From Candidatus Doudnabacteria bacterium (GTDB lineage: Bacteria > Patescibacteriota > Doudnabacteria > UBA920 > VMFF01), in contig CAWIZL010000004.1 in NCBI GenBank assembly GCA_963840645.1, positions 153,121 through 201,469 of the forward strand: 48,349 nucleotides of DNA, written 5' to 3'. Below the pieces are notes generated by a model that saw nothing but the letters and a program-made list of their open reading frames with translations, did no database searches and was not told the DNA's origin. The position numbers and the translations under genes were made by a program. The first letter of the stretch is position 1. Every line of letters begins with the position of its first letter. Of the stretch, positions 1 to 10,300 are shown in pieces.

Positions 1-18
1 ACTCTTTTGTTTTTTGTA

Positions 19-924
19 TTAAGCCTTCTTCAGCTTCGCACTCCCCTGCCACCTCTGCCACAAAACTAAGATTGGGCTGGCAATGAAAATTGAGCTGTAG
101 GTTCCAGCAATGATGCCGATGAACAGAGCGAGCACAAAGTAGCGAATAGTCTCGCCGCCGAAGAGCAGGAGCGAGAGCAGCACGAAGAGCACTGTGAGTG
201 AAGTGTTGAGAGAACGCACCACTGTCTGGTTGATGCTGTGGTTTACGACGTCTTCGAGGCTACGGCCGGCTTCTGTTCGCAGGTTCTCGCGGATTCTGTC
301 GAACACAACAATTGTGTCGTGCACTGAGAAGCCGAGCACTGTGAGCACAGCTGTCACGAACAAACTGTCTACCTCAACGTGGAAGAAGTGTCCGAGTATA
401 GAGAAGATTCCAATGACCACAAACAGGTCGTGCACGAGCGCAATAATTGCTGCCCAGCCAAAACGCCACGAGGTAACAGGCCTGGTTACTTTGCGGAACG
501 CGTACGCAATGTAGAACACAATGCCGAGCGTCACGAGCAGCAACTCCCAGAATGCGTTCTGCCTCAGCTCGTTGCCAATGGTTGGACCAACAGACGTGTA
601 CGAGCTTTCTGTAAACTTGCCGACCTGGGCTGTGAGGTCTGATTCAAGCTTGTCGTGCTGTGCAGTGGTGATGACCGGCGTCTCAATGAGCACGCCAGAT
701 GTGCCAACTTGCTGAATTTGCGTGTCGCCAAAGTTTTCAGACTTCACGACCTGTGCAATTTTGCTGTAGTCGGGAGCTGTTGCAAACTGGAGCTGCGTTG
801 TTGTGCCGCCGGTGAAGTCAATGCCCAGGCGCAGGCCGTACACGCAGAGCGAGACAATGCCAGCGACGAGCAAAATGCCAGAAACCGTGAACCAGAACTT
901 GTAGAATTTTATGATGTTCAGCAT
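19..924 (-). CDS. secF: Protein translocase subunit SecF
   Basis: LGIDFTGG, VGPTIGNEL, GFSVHDTIVVFDRIREN and RSLNTSLT motifs. The ATG at 924 (MLNIIK) follows the secD stop. Confidence 0.97.
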   Translation of the reverse strand: MLNIIKFYKFWFTVSGILLVAGIVSLCVYGLRLGIDFTGGTTTQLQFATAPDYSKIAQVVKSENFGDTQIQQVGTSGVLIETPVITTAQHDKLESDLTAQVGKFTESSYTSVGPTIGNELRQNAFWELLLVTLGIVFYIAYAFRKVTRPVTSWRFGWAAIIALVHDLFVVIGIFSILGHFFHVEVDSLFVTAVLTVLGFSVHDTIVVFDRIRENLRTEAGRSLEDVVNHSINQTVVRSLNTSLTVLFVLLSLLLFGGETIRYFVLALFIGIIAGTYSSIFIASPILVLWQRWQGSAKLKKA

Positions 925-926
925 GG

Positions 927-2447
927 CTATTCTTGAGTGGTTATGGGTGCATCTGTAGCTGGCTGCAGCTCCTTGCGCTTTGACACGCCGAACAGCCACG
1001 GGTGCGCAAGAATGTTGTGGCCCACGAACATTCTCAGGAACGTCTTGGTGACTGTAATAGCCGTGAACAGCGAGATGATGATACCAATTGCCAGTGTCAC
1101 GGCAAAGCTCTTAATTTCAGCTGTGCCGAACACGTACAGGATGAGCGTGGTGATGAGGCTCGAGATGTTTGAGTCGCGAATTGATGGCCACGCGCGGTTG
1201 AAGCCGTCTTCGAGTGCAAGGTCAACGTCTTTGCCGAGGCGGAGCTCTTCTTTTGTGCGCTCAAAGATGAGAATGTTTGCATCAACAGCCATGCCAATGG
1301 ACAAGATGAAGCCAGCAATGCCCTCGAGCGTTATGGTGACTGGGCTGAGGCCACCCAAGAAGATGAGCACAATGTACGAGAGCACTGCGAGCAAGCCAAA
1401 CACCCAACTGTACGTGAGCCCTAAAAAGAAGAACGCCCCAACGAGGATGACTGCTACGACAGAGATGCCAATCTTCAGAATGGCAAAGCTCAAGAGCGCG
1501 TACACTGCCAAGGCAAACACTGCGAGCAAGCCTGGAAAACGGTAGTACACGATCATGAACACTGCAATGAGGATGAGGCCAATGAGACCTGCGAGCATGC
1601 TCTCCTCTACAGACTGGTGGCCGAGCGTTGCGCCAACGTTCTCCTGGTCAACCAAGGTCAGGGGCACAGGCAGGGCGCCTGCGTTCAAACTGCTCGCCAG
1701 CTGCTTTGCCTGGTCTACCGTGAACTGCCCAGTGATGATAGCCTGGCCATTGGTAATGGCGCTCTGCACAGTTGGCGTTGAGAGCACGGTGCCATCGAGG
1801 AAAATTGCGACAGGCTTGCCAATGTTTGCACTGGTAATATCTGAGAACATTTTTGTGCCAGCAGCATTGAACTGGAGCGCAATTGTTGGTGCACCAGAGG
1901 TGGGGTCAAACTGAACAGTTGCGCTCGTGAGGTCTGCGCCGGTGAGCCCCGTTGGCGTCCACTGGTTGGCAGTTGCTGCATTCACGTCGACACTCGCCTG
2001 GCCAGAAGAGTTGACCGTGACAGGGGTTGCGCTTGGATTTGGGTTCTGCGTTTCAAACTGCAGGAACGGCGTCTGGCCAATGACGCTGATGGCCTGGCTA
2101 ATGTTCGTGATGCCTGGCAATTCAACGATGAGCCTGTCTGAGCCGCTCGTCTGCACCACAGGCTCTTCTTCAACGTTGAAAGATGCAATGCGGCGCTGGA
2201 TGGCCGTGCGGGCTGAATCCATGGCAGAGCCTTGCTCAGCTGCTGGGATTTGCGAGAGGTTACCCTGGTACTCTAAGTACGTGCCACCGACAAGGTCTAA
2301 ACCGAGGTGTGGTGGAAAAGCTTGGTCGTAGTTAATGTGGAGCGACTTCAGGTCAATTTTGCTGCCCTTTGGCAGGTCAATGTAAACGGCAAACGCGGCA
2401 ATCAGGATAATAGCCAGGAACGTGAGGTATAGCCTTAAATTTCTCAT
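927..2447 (-). CDS. secD: Protein translocase subunit SecD
   Basis: LGLDLVGG, LNAGALPVPL and IGMAVDANILIFER motifs; adjacent to secF. Confidence 0.97.
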   Translation of the reverse strand: MRNLRLYLTFLAIILIAAFAVYIDLPKGSKIDLKSLHINYDQAFPPHLGLDLVGGTYLEYQGNLSQIPAAEQGSAMDSARTAIQRRIASFNVEEEPVVQTSGSDRLIVELPGITNISQAISVIGQTPFLQFETQNPNPSATPVTVNSSGQASVDVNAATANQWTPTGLTGADLTSATVQFDPTSGAPTIALQFNAAGTKMFSDITSANIGKPVAIFLDGTVLSTPTVQSAITNGQAIITGQFTVDQAKQLASSLNAGALPVPLTLVDQENVGATLGHQSVEESMLAGLIGLILIAVFMIVYYRFPGLLAVFALAVYALLSFAILKIGISVVAVILVGAFFFLGLTYSWVFGLLAVLSYIVLIFLGGLSPVTITLEGIAGFILSIGMAVDANILIFERTKEELRLGKDVDLALEDGFNRAWPSIRDSNISSLITTLILYVFGTAEIKSFAVTLAIGIIISLFTAITVTKTFLRMFVGHNILAHPWLFGVSKRKELQPATDAPITTQE

Positions 2448-2519
2448 TGGTATCAGTGTATCTGTTACTTACGTCTTTGGTATTCTATAGCAATTAGCTG
2501 AAAAGGTCAAAAACGGGCG

Positions 2520-3132
2520 CTAGCTGCTGGTTATGGTTACAGTTGCGCCCACGACAGCCCACGGGTACAGGACTTCCATGTCAGCGTAGGTAGCATTTAT
2601 GCAGCCGTGGCTCTCTGGCGTGCCCATGTGGTGGTTCCACGGCGCGCCGTGTATGTACAGGTTATCGCCGCCGCCGCCAGAGTAGAAGAGCAGGTCGTAC
2701 TTTGTGTCTGGAAAATCGTACGTAGTGCCATCGAGGTTCGTGCCCTTAAAATCGTGGGATGGGATTTTTTGTAGAATGGCGTACGTGCCTGGAGGCGTTG
2801 CCAGCTGTCGAATGCCGCTCGAAATTAAGAAGCTGCCCATGAGCTCTGCACCATCGTAGTACGTGAGGGTTTGCGTCTTCAGGTCAATGTCAATGCGCTC
2901 GTCGGTGAGCTGCTTTGGGCCAACGAAGCCCAGTGTGCTTGGTGACCGGTCAAGCGTGCTTGTCAGTGATACTGGCTGTGAATTTCCCGGCTGTGGTTGG
3001 GCAGATTGGTTTTGGTTAGAAAATGATAGCTCCAGAGAGGCCATACTCAGCAAAAAGCACGTACCCGGCAAAACTGCCAGCCACGATCGCCACCACCAAG
3101 CAAATTAGCACGAGTGCATCCTGTCGCCGCAT
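2520..3132 (-). CDS. Membrane-anchored L,D-transpeptidase (YkuD family), apparent frameshift near 3020
   Basis: Catalytic YIHGAPW...SHGCIN motif. An upstream frame from the ATG at 3132 encodes a TM anchor (MRRQDALVLICLVVAIVAGSFAGYVLF) that stops right after a TTTT run. Confidence 0.85.
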
Positions 3133-3207
3133 AGAAAAAACGAGTAGATTAAATCTACGTTAAGTCTACTCGCTATATTTGATTTATACAAACTTCTGTG
3201 GGGAAAA

Positions 3208-3543
3208 CTACTCGCTGACTGGGTGCTCGTGGCCGTGGGCATGATCGTGCCCTTCGTGAGCCTCGCCACCTTTGGTCCCCTGCTCCGGGAACTTTGCTTT
3301 CTCAGCTGCTTCAATTTTGTCAATCTCGTCGTTCACCTGCTTGCTGAACGCCTTGATCTTGTCGTGGTCAGTGGTGAGGAGCTTTGCAATCTCTTCGGGT
3401 TTTGCCTTCAATAGAATGGCGAGGGCAGTGACAAACGATGATGTGCTCCACACGCGCCTGTCTAGCACGTCCATGCTCATCATTAAATCGTAGAACATCT
3501 TTTCATTTTTTGTTGGCTGTGGCTTCATGAAGTCTTTGGACAT
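3208..3543 (-). CDS. Hypothetical protein with His-rich C-terminus
   Basis: Fills the gap co-directionally; helical charged sequence ending HEGHDHAHGHEH. Confidence 0.75.
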   Translation of the reverse strand: MSKDFMKPQPTKNEKMFYDLMMSMDVLDRRVWSTSSFVTALAILLKAKPEEIAKLLTTDHDKIKAFSKQVNDEIDKIEAAEKAKFPEQGTKGGEAHEGHDHAHGHEHPVSE

Positions 3544-3561
3544 GGTGTAGGTAGTTAATAT

Positions 3562-4398
3562 TTAATGAAAAGAGGCCATTTTTTTGTTGTACGCCTCGAT
3601 CAGCCACTTTGTGACAGGGCCGACCTTGCCGTTGCCAACCCTCTTGCCGTCAACGGTGGTGATTGGCACAACACCTTTGTTTGTGGCTGTGAGGAACGCC
3701 TCGTCAGCTGCGGCCAGCTCGCGAACTGAAACATCGCGCTCTTCGACTTTGAACTTTTTCTTGGCGAGCGCCAGCACAGTGTTGCGCGTTGTCCCTATGA
3801 GCACGCCAGCTTTTGCGGTTAAAATTTTTCCATTCTTGACCATGCAAAAGTTGCTTGTTGTTGTCTCCAGCACCTTGCCGCTGTTCGTGTACAAAATCTC
3901 AAATGCACCAGCACGCCTACGCGAACCCTGGTTGCGCACAGCAACAATGTAGCTGTTTGTCTTTGCCTCTGGGTACGTGCGCTGGTGGTCTGTGGTGATT
4001 ACCCTCACGCCATTTGTGAAGAACTTTTTTGGCAGCGGCACAAACTCGCCCACGATTACAAAGAACGTTGGCTTTGACTTGTTGTACTCCAGGCCATTGC
4101 CAACTGTCTCGCCACCTGTAAGAACCATGCGCACTGTTGATTCTGCGTAGCCGTTCTTCTTGATGAGAGCATTGATGATTTTCTCCAGTACGCTTTTTGA
4201 AGCTGGCAGCGCAAGGTCGAGCTTCTTTGCAGAGCGCGTGAGGCGAGCAAAGTGCTCGTTGAACAGCGTGAGCTTTCCGTTGTGCGTGCGCGCAAAATCA
4301 AACACGCCGTAGCCACGCAAGATGCCAATGTCTGTGATGCTTATTTTTGCATCTTTCAGTGGTAAAAATTTTCCGTTCAGGTAGCAGAATTCTGTCAT
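3562..4398 (-). CDS. PLP-dependent aminotransferase class IV (probable D-amino acid transaminase; IlvE/Dat family)
   Basis: YLNGKF, DIGILRGYGVFD, HFARL, EAKTNSY (PLP lysine), LIGTTR and ADEAFLT motifs. Confidence 0.9.
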   Translation of the reverse strand: MTEFCYLNGKFLPLKDAKISITDIGILRGYGVFDFARTHNGKLTLFNEHFARLTRSAKKLDLALPASKSVLEKIINALIKKNGYAESTVRMVLTGGETVGNGLEYNKSKPTFFVIVGEFVPLPKKFFTNGVRVITTDHQRTYPEAKTNSYIVAVRNQGSRRRAGAFEILYTNSGKVLETTTSNFCMVKNGKILTAKAGVLIGTTRNTVLALAKKKFKVEERDVSVRELAAADEAFLTATNKGVVPITTVDGKRVGNGKVGPVTKWLIEAYNKKMASFH

Positions 4399-7153
4399 AA
4401 TTTTTTGTTAGCCATGTTTGCCTGGTGCTCTGGCGTGTTGAGCATGCCGCACCTCTTGTACTTCTTGCCTGAGCCGCACGGGCACGGGTCATTGCGGCCG
4501 GGTTCTTTGCCGTCACCGCTGAGCGCGCTCATTTCTGCCGCGCTCTGCTCAGTTGCAGCTGCGAGCGCCACCTGCTGAGCCTGCGTTGCCTGCGGCTGCG
4601 ACATGATGCCAACTTTGTAGATGGCGTACACAATCCCCTTGTCTATTTCTAAGAGGCTGCGCTTGAACAGGTCAAAGCCCTCACGCTTGTACTCAACGAG
4701 CGGGTCTTTCTGGCCGTAGCCGCGCAGGCCAACAGACTCGCGCAGGTGCTCCATTGTGTCGAGGTGCTCCATCCAAATGGTGTCTAGATTTTGGAGTGCC
4801 ACAATGCGCTCGAGCTGGCGTACCATGCCAAAATCATTTTCGCCGCGCGGCGCAAGCGTGCTGCTCACGTTTGCAGGCTGCTGCATCTCCGCTGCCTGCT
4901 TTGCGGTGAACTGCTCTTTTTGCACGTACAGGCATCCGCGAGCTTCTGGGCAAAATCAACTGTTGCAAAAATTTCATCCCCTGCCTGGGCACTGAACTCG
5001 GCCATTTTTGCCGCAGCTTCTGGGCTGACAGGAAAAATTGCATTGAGCTTTTCTACCAAATCTTTTGGCTCAGCTTCGGGATCTGCGTAGTACGCTTCAA
5101 CAACGTTTGCGATCTCTGCTTTGACGATTCCCATGATTTCTTCGCGCAAGTTTGCAGCTGGGTCAATCCAGGCGCGACGCTTCTTGTAAATAACCTCGCG
5201 CTGGCGGTTCATAATGTCGTCGTACTCGAGCACCTGCTTGCGGCTGTCAAAGTGCAGGCCTTCAATTTTTTTCTGTGCCTGTTCGATTGAGCGCGACACC
5301 AGGCCGTGCTCTATTGGCTGGTCATCTGGCATGCCAAGCACTTCATCACAGACTTCAGGCTCTAACCCCCAAAGAGCCTCATGAGGTCATCTTCCACTGA
5401 AACAAAGAATTGCGATGAACCTGGGTCGCCTTGGCGACCTGAGCGTCCACGCAACTGGTTGTCGATGCGGCGGGACTCGTGGCGTTCTGTGCCAAGAATG
5501 TGCAAGCCGCCAGCTCGCGAACTTTGGCTCTCTTCTTGATCAACAGGGTTGCCGCCGAGCAAAATGTCAACGCCGCGTCCGGCAATGTTCGTTGCAACTG
5601 TCACAGCGCCAAGCCTACCTGCCTGAGAAATGATGTGCGCCTCGCGCTCGTGGTTCTTGGCGTTCAGCAGCTCGAACGGCACGCCAGCACGCTTTAACTC
5701 TTCTGCCAAAATTTCATTCTTGGCAATTGACACTGTTCCTATGAGCACTGGTTGGCCAAGCCTGTGGCGCTCTGCGACGTCCTTCACGATTGCAGCGAAC
5801 TTTCCTTTTTCGCTCTTGTACACGAGGTCAGATTGGTCTTTGCGCACCATTGGCCTGTGCGTTGGAATTGCCACGACCTCAAGGCCGTAAATTTTGTAGA
5901 ATTCTTCCTGCTCTGTCATTCGCAGTGCCTGTCATGCCCGAGAGCTTCTCGTAGAGCCTAAAGTAGTTCTGGAACGTGATTGTTGCCAGTGTCTTGCTCT
6001 CCTGCTGAATTTTCACGCCCTCTTTTGCCTCTATTGCCTGGTGCAGTCCATCAGAGTAGCGACGGCCAAACATGAGGCGCCCCGTGAACTCGTCTACTAT
6101 AACCACTTCGCCGTTGCGAATGACGTAGTCGCGGTCGAGCAAGAAGTGGCGACGCGCACGCAGCGCCTGCTCAATGTGGTGGACGGTTACGATCCCGCCG
6201 TCTTCGTAAATATTCTTCACGCCTAGCTCTGCTTCAATTTTTTCAATGCCAGCTTCTGACAGCGCGATTGACTTCTTCTTGTCGTCGCCGGTAAAGTCCT
6301 CGCCGTCAACCAGCTTTCGCACGAGGTGTGCAAACTTCACGTACTTGTCTGTTGGGTCTGTGTCAGGAGCTGAAATAATGAGCGGCGTGCGCGCCTCGTC
6401 AATAAGGATGCTGTCTACCTCGTCGACAATGGCAAAGTACAGCTCGCGCTGCACGAGGTTCTCGACCGCTGGTACCATGTTGTCGCGCAGGTAGTCAAAG
6501 CCAAACTCATTGTTCGTGCCGTACGTGATGTCTGCTGCGTACGCTTCGCGGCGCGAGCACGGGCGCATGTGCTTAACGTCCATCACGAAACCCTCTGTCT
6601 CTGCTTCGAGGCGTTGGATTTCTTCTGTCTCGGGTTCGTAGGATGGGTCGTAGAGGAATGATTTCTGGTGCTGGATTGATGCAACGCTCAGGCCAAGCGA
6701 ATGGTAAATTGGCCCCATCAAAGACGCGTGCCAGCGGGCAAGGTAGTCGTTGACCGTGATAAGGTGCGCGCCGCGACCTGCGAGTGCATTCAGTGCGAGT
6801 GCCAGCACAGCTGTCTGGGTTTTACCTTCACCAGTTCGCATCTCCGCAATCTGGCCATTGTGGAGAACGATTGCACCCATGAGCTGCACGTCAAAGTGGC
6901 GCCTGTTGGTTAAGCGCTTTGTCACCTCGCGAGTAACGGCAAAGGAGTCTGGCAAAAGTTCTGTGAGCTTTGCCTTTTGCTCTTCTTCGTCTAGGTCTTT
7001 GAGCTCTGTGCGCCACGATGAAACTTGCGCTGCCAGTTCTGCGTCTGACTGGCTAGCGTACTTTTCTTCCAGCGAATTGATCTTCTGAACCTGCTTTTGG
7101 AGTTTTGCAACAGCTGCTGCGTTGCGGCTAAATATATTCTGTAGAAAGGCCAT
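4395..7153 (-). CDS. secA: Preprotein translocase ATPase SecA, split by several frameshifts (probable sequencing indels)
   Basis: Fragments carry [81 protein letters not shown] and SEC-C ([17 protein letters not shown]) in order. Start is the ATG at 7153. Confidence 0.96.
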
Positions 7154-7220
7154 GTAGAGAATTATACAGTTTTTTTGACGTACGAACAACAAAGCTTGGT
7201 AAAGCTCCACACACCAACAC

Positions 7221-7249
7221 TTGCAATATACCAATTTATGTGCTACTAT
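7221..7249 (+). promoter_or_regulatory. Sigma70-type promoter for the orphan gene at 7279
   Basis: TTGCAA-17 nt-TACTAT with an extended TG. Confidence 0.6.
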
Positions 7250-7278
7250 TTGATCAGAACTTCTACAGGAGGGAAACT

Positions 7279-7593
7279 GTGGCAAAAGAACCGGCTTTAA
7301 CTCTCTTTGCTGTCTGGATCAACCACGGAGAAAAATGGTATCGCACCGAAGCGGTTTCGGAAAAATGCGCGATCAGGAACGTGGTCTATCGAGAATTTCT
7401 TGAACCAAACTGTCCCAAAAAGGAAGAGTTCAAGGAGAACGGTGATACTCGCACTAGGCTGGTTATTTCGAGAGAAATTAACGAGGTCGCAAAGCTACTC
7501 CGAAACGGAGCGCGCTGCTACGCGGGCACAATAAAGGAAGCGAGGCAACACCTCGCAAGCCTAAGTCCTCTCAAGCTTAAGGAAGCAGCCTAA
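7279..7593 (+). CDS. Orphan hypothetical protein (only plus-strand gene called)
   Basis: GTG at 7279 preceded by AGGAGG, with a promoter upstream and a terminator downstream. Confidence 0.7.
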   Translation: MAKEPALTLFAVWINHGEKWYRTEAVSEKCAIRNVVYREFLEPNCPKKEEFKENGDTRTRLVISREINEVAKLLRNGARCYAGTIKEARQHLASLSPLKLKEAA

Positions 7594-7621
7594 GAGCATC
7601 CCACGAAAATAAACCCACCAC

Positions 7622-7657
7622 AAAACCCAGCGGAAGTTTCCGCTGGGTCATTTTTTT
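7622..7657. terminator. Intrinsic terminator between convergent genes
   Basis: ACCCAGCGGAA/TTCCGCTGGGT stem with a T7 run on the plus side and an A4 run on the other side. Confidence 0.8.
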
Positions 7658-7669
7658 AAAACTGAGAAT

Positions 7670-8029
7670 TTACTCTTCTAAATCTGCTTCTGTGCTCTCC
7701 TTGCGCGCTGCACCTTCACTGCGGCGCAGAGAAATTCGTTTGTCTTTTTCGCGTACGAGCTGCTCTTTTATTTTCGGGATGCACAGGTCAATGGCCTCGT
7801 ACAGATCTTTGCCCCGTGCCTCTGCGTAGTGGCCAGGTTTTGGCAGCACGGTGACCTCTGCGCTGAACCGCTCACCCTCGTTGTGCGTTGCCTCAAAGCC
7901 GAGCTCAACGTGCACCTTGTTCTCTGGCCGCAGGAAGCTGCCGAGCGCTGCGTCGAGCTTCCCCTCTGCGTACTCAACCATTGAGTCCGTGAGCGTGGTG
8001 TTCGTCGCCTTTATCGTGATGTGGTCCAT
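7670..8029 (-). CDS. hpf: Ribosome hibernation promoting factor (HPF/RaiA, short form)
   Basis: ITIKATNTTLTDSMVEYAEGKL and AEARGKDLYEAIDL..KIKEQL, typical of the S30AE family. Confidence 0.9.
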   Translation of the reverse strand: MDHITIKATNTTLTDSMVEYAEGKLDAALGSFLRPENKVHVELGFEATHNEGERFSAEVTVLPKPGHYAEARGKDLYEAIDLCIPKIKEQLVREKDKRISLRRSEGAARKESTEADLEE

Positions 8030-8046
8030 GCGTTTCCCTTTCGCAT

Positions 8047-8907
8047 TTAATGAGAAACCTCGTGCACCTCGAGCTTCAGCTCTACGCCAAACTTTTCCTT
8101 CACGCGCTCTTGGCAGATCTTGATGAGCGCCGTGATGTCACCGCTCGTTGCTGTGCCAGAATTAATGAAAAAGTTTGCGTGCTTCGTGGAAACTTCTGCC
8201 CCACCAAACTTTGCACCTTTCAGGCCGCACTGGTCAATGAGGTAGCCTGCTGACGTGCCATCAACATTCTGGAACATGCAGCCACAGTTCGCGGTGCCGT
8301 ACGGGTGCATCTCAGAGCGCTTCTTTAAGTAGCCTAGCAGGTCTTGCCGCGCTTTGCCAACGTCGCCCGGCTGCAGCTTGAGCCGCGCGCTCAGAGCAAC
8401 AACGTTCCGCTCTCTGAACACAGAGTGGTCATAGGCAAAGTGAAGGTCTTCTGGCACCAACGTAACCTTTTCAACTTTACCGCCATCAATAGATAGCGCA
8501 CCTACAGATACGACAAAATCTGATAAAAGAGTTTCGAGCCAGTGTGCGTTGTTGTAGAGCCCACCGCCGAGCGTTCCAGGCACTGTTGCCATTTTTTCAA
8601 ATCCTACTAGGCCGTTCGCATTTGCAAACGAGTTAATCTCAACCAGAGTTAATCCAGTTTCAGCTTCGATAACGTCACGGTCGTGGAGTTTAATCCCCTT
8701 CATTAAATTTTTAATCACAGTACCGCTGTACCCTGCGTCATTAAATAGCGTGTTCGTGCCGCCGCCGAGCACAAAAAAATTGTTGCTGCTAGCGGCAACT
8801 GCCTCTGCCATTTCATCTTGCGTGCGAACCTCTACAAATTTTCTAGCAGGGCCTCCGACCCTGAAAGATGAAAACTTTGCAAGGTTAACGTTCTCCTGAA
8901 AGTTCAT
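8047..8907 (-). CDS. murB: UDP-N-acetylenolpyruvoylglucosamine reductase
   Basis: SFRVGGPA, VLGGGTN, VPGTLGG, SAGYLIDQCGLKG, VSTKHANFFIN and FGVELKLEV motifs. Confidence 0.96.
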   Translation of the reverse strand: MNFQENVNLAKFSSFRVGGPARKFVEVRTQDEMAEAVAASSNNFFVLGGGTNTLFNDAGYSGTVIKNLMKGIKLHDRDVIEAETGLTLVEINSFANANGLVGFEKMATVPGTLGGGLYNNAHWLETLLSDFVVSVGALSIDGGKVEKVTLVPEDLHFAYDHSVFRERNVVALSARLKLQPGDVGKARQDLLGYLKKRSEMHPYGTANCGCMFQNVDGTSAGYLIDQCGLKGAKFGGAEVSTKHANFFINSGTATSGDITALIKICQERVKEKFGVELKLEVHEVSH

Positions 8908-10300
8908 TAAGAGATCTCCTTCAAATCGTTCACGAGCGTGTTGAATGAGCCAACAGCCATGACGACAACGACGTCACCTGGTTTTAACTCTGTTTTAATC
9001 TGGCTGAGAGCATCTTCGCGGTCTGCAACGTAGCGCACGTCAGCGCCTGGGTTTGCCGCCAAAATTTTGGCAACGACATCGTGCCCGGTAATGCTGCTCG
9101 GCAGCTTCTGCTCGCGGGCTGGGTACACCTCTGCAATGTAGGCCACGTCGGCACTGGTGAATGCACGGGCGAGCTGGTCAATGGTCTCGCGCGTGCGCGA
9201 GTAGGTGTGCGGCTCGAACACGCAGATCACCCTGCGGCCAGGAAACTTCAACCTCGTTGCAGCCAGTGTTTCTGCAACAGCTGTTGCGTGGTGCGCGTAG
9301 TCATCGATAATCGCAACCTTGCCGTTTGCCACAATTTGGTAGCGGCGCTCAATGCCGCTGTACCTCGCAAAGTGTGGCAGAAAATCTTCTGGGTCAATGC
9401 CCAAAGCGAACAGCACTGCAGCTGCTGCCATGTTGTCGTAGGCGTAAATTTTCCCTGGCAGCACAGTGGCAATCGTGAAATCTACAAACGGCAACCTGAA
9501 CACGCCACGCTCAATAGATTCTTCGCCGCCGCGTAGGTCAGCGAGTGCTCCAAAGCCAAACCCAATTTTCCGGCCTTTGAAATCTCGCAGAACATCGACC
9601 ACGTTCTCATCATCTGCGTTGAACACAACAGTGCCGCCTTCTGGCACGGTAGCCACGAGCCTGCGGAACGCATCTTTCACGGCATCGAGAGAGGCGAAGA
9701 CATCTGGGTGGTCAAACTCAATGTTGTTGATGAGGAGCACGTCAGGCTTGTAGTACAGAAACTTCGGCGTTGCATCGAACGCGCTCGACACGTACTCGTC
9801 GCCCTCGAGCACGAAGCGCTTGCCGTGGCCGAGGTAAAAGTTGGTGGCCAAATCTGTGAGCACGCCGCCAACAAAAAACGAATCGTCCTCTAAATTTTTG
9901 AGTGCGTAAGCAATGAGGCCAGAAGTGGTCCCTTGCCGTGCGTGCCGGCAACGACAATTCGCTGGTAGTCTCCCAGCAAGCTGCCCAGTACCTGCGGGTA
10001 CGATGCAACTGGAATTGCCTCTTGCTGTGCGTACGCGACCTCTGGGTTTGAACCATCGACAGCTGCTGTCACAACGGCAAAGTCTGGCTTGCCAAACTTC
10101 TCACAGAACGTCTCAAAATTTTCAGCCGCGTAGCCAACGGTGAACTGAATGCACCCAGCCTTCAGCACGCGCAGGCTGGGATCGTACACGTCCTTTGCGT
10201 CAGAACCTCCCACGGTCACGCCGAGCGCAGCGGCAATACCTGCAGTGGCAGACATGCCGATGCCGCCAATGCCTATGAAGTAGAGGGACTTTGGCGTCAT
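8907..10300 (-). CDS. murC: Mur ligase of the MurC/Mpl family, frameshifted near 9930
   Basis: FIGIGGIGMSA, VAGTHGK(TT) broken by the frameshift, EGDEY, NIEFDHPD, DDYAHH and EPHTYSRT. Some motifs are Mpl-like; the position between murG and murB favours MurC. Confidence 0.85.

Noticed and set aside
194-2331. Long plus-strand ORFs antisense to secDF, and similar ones throughout (e.g. 27945-28733, 31717-32490, 45450-46070)
   Set aside because: Shadow ORFs of well-supported minus-strand genes, with no recognisable motifs.
4395-7153. secA, and likewise murC, rpsI and alaS, as pseudogenes or programmed frameshifts
   Set aside because: These are essential genes with undegraded motifs and no shared slippery site, so sequencing indels are the simpler explanation.
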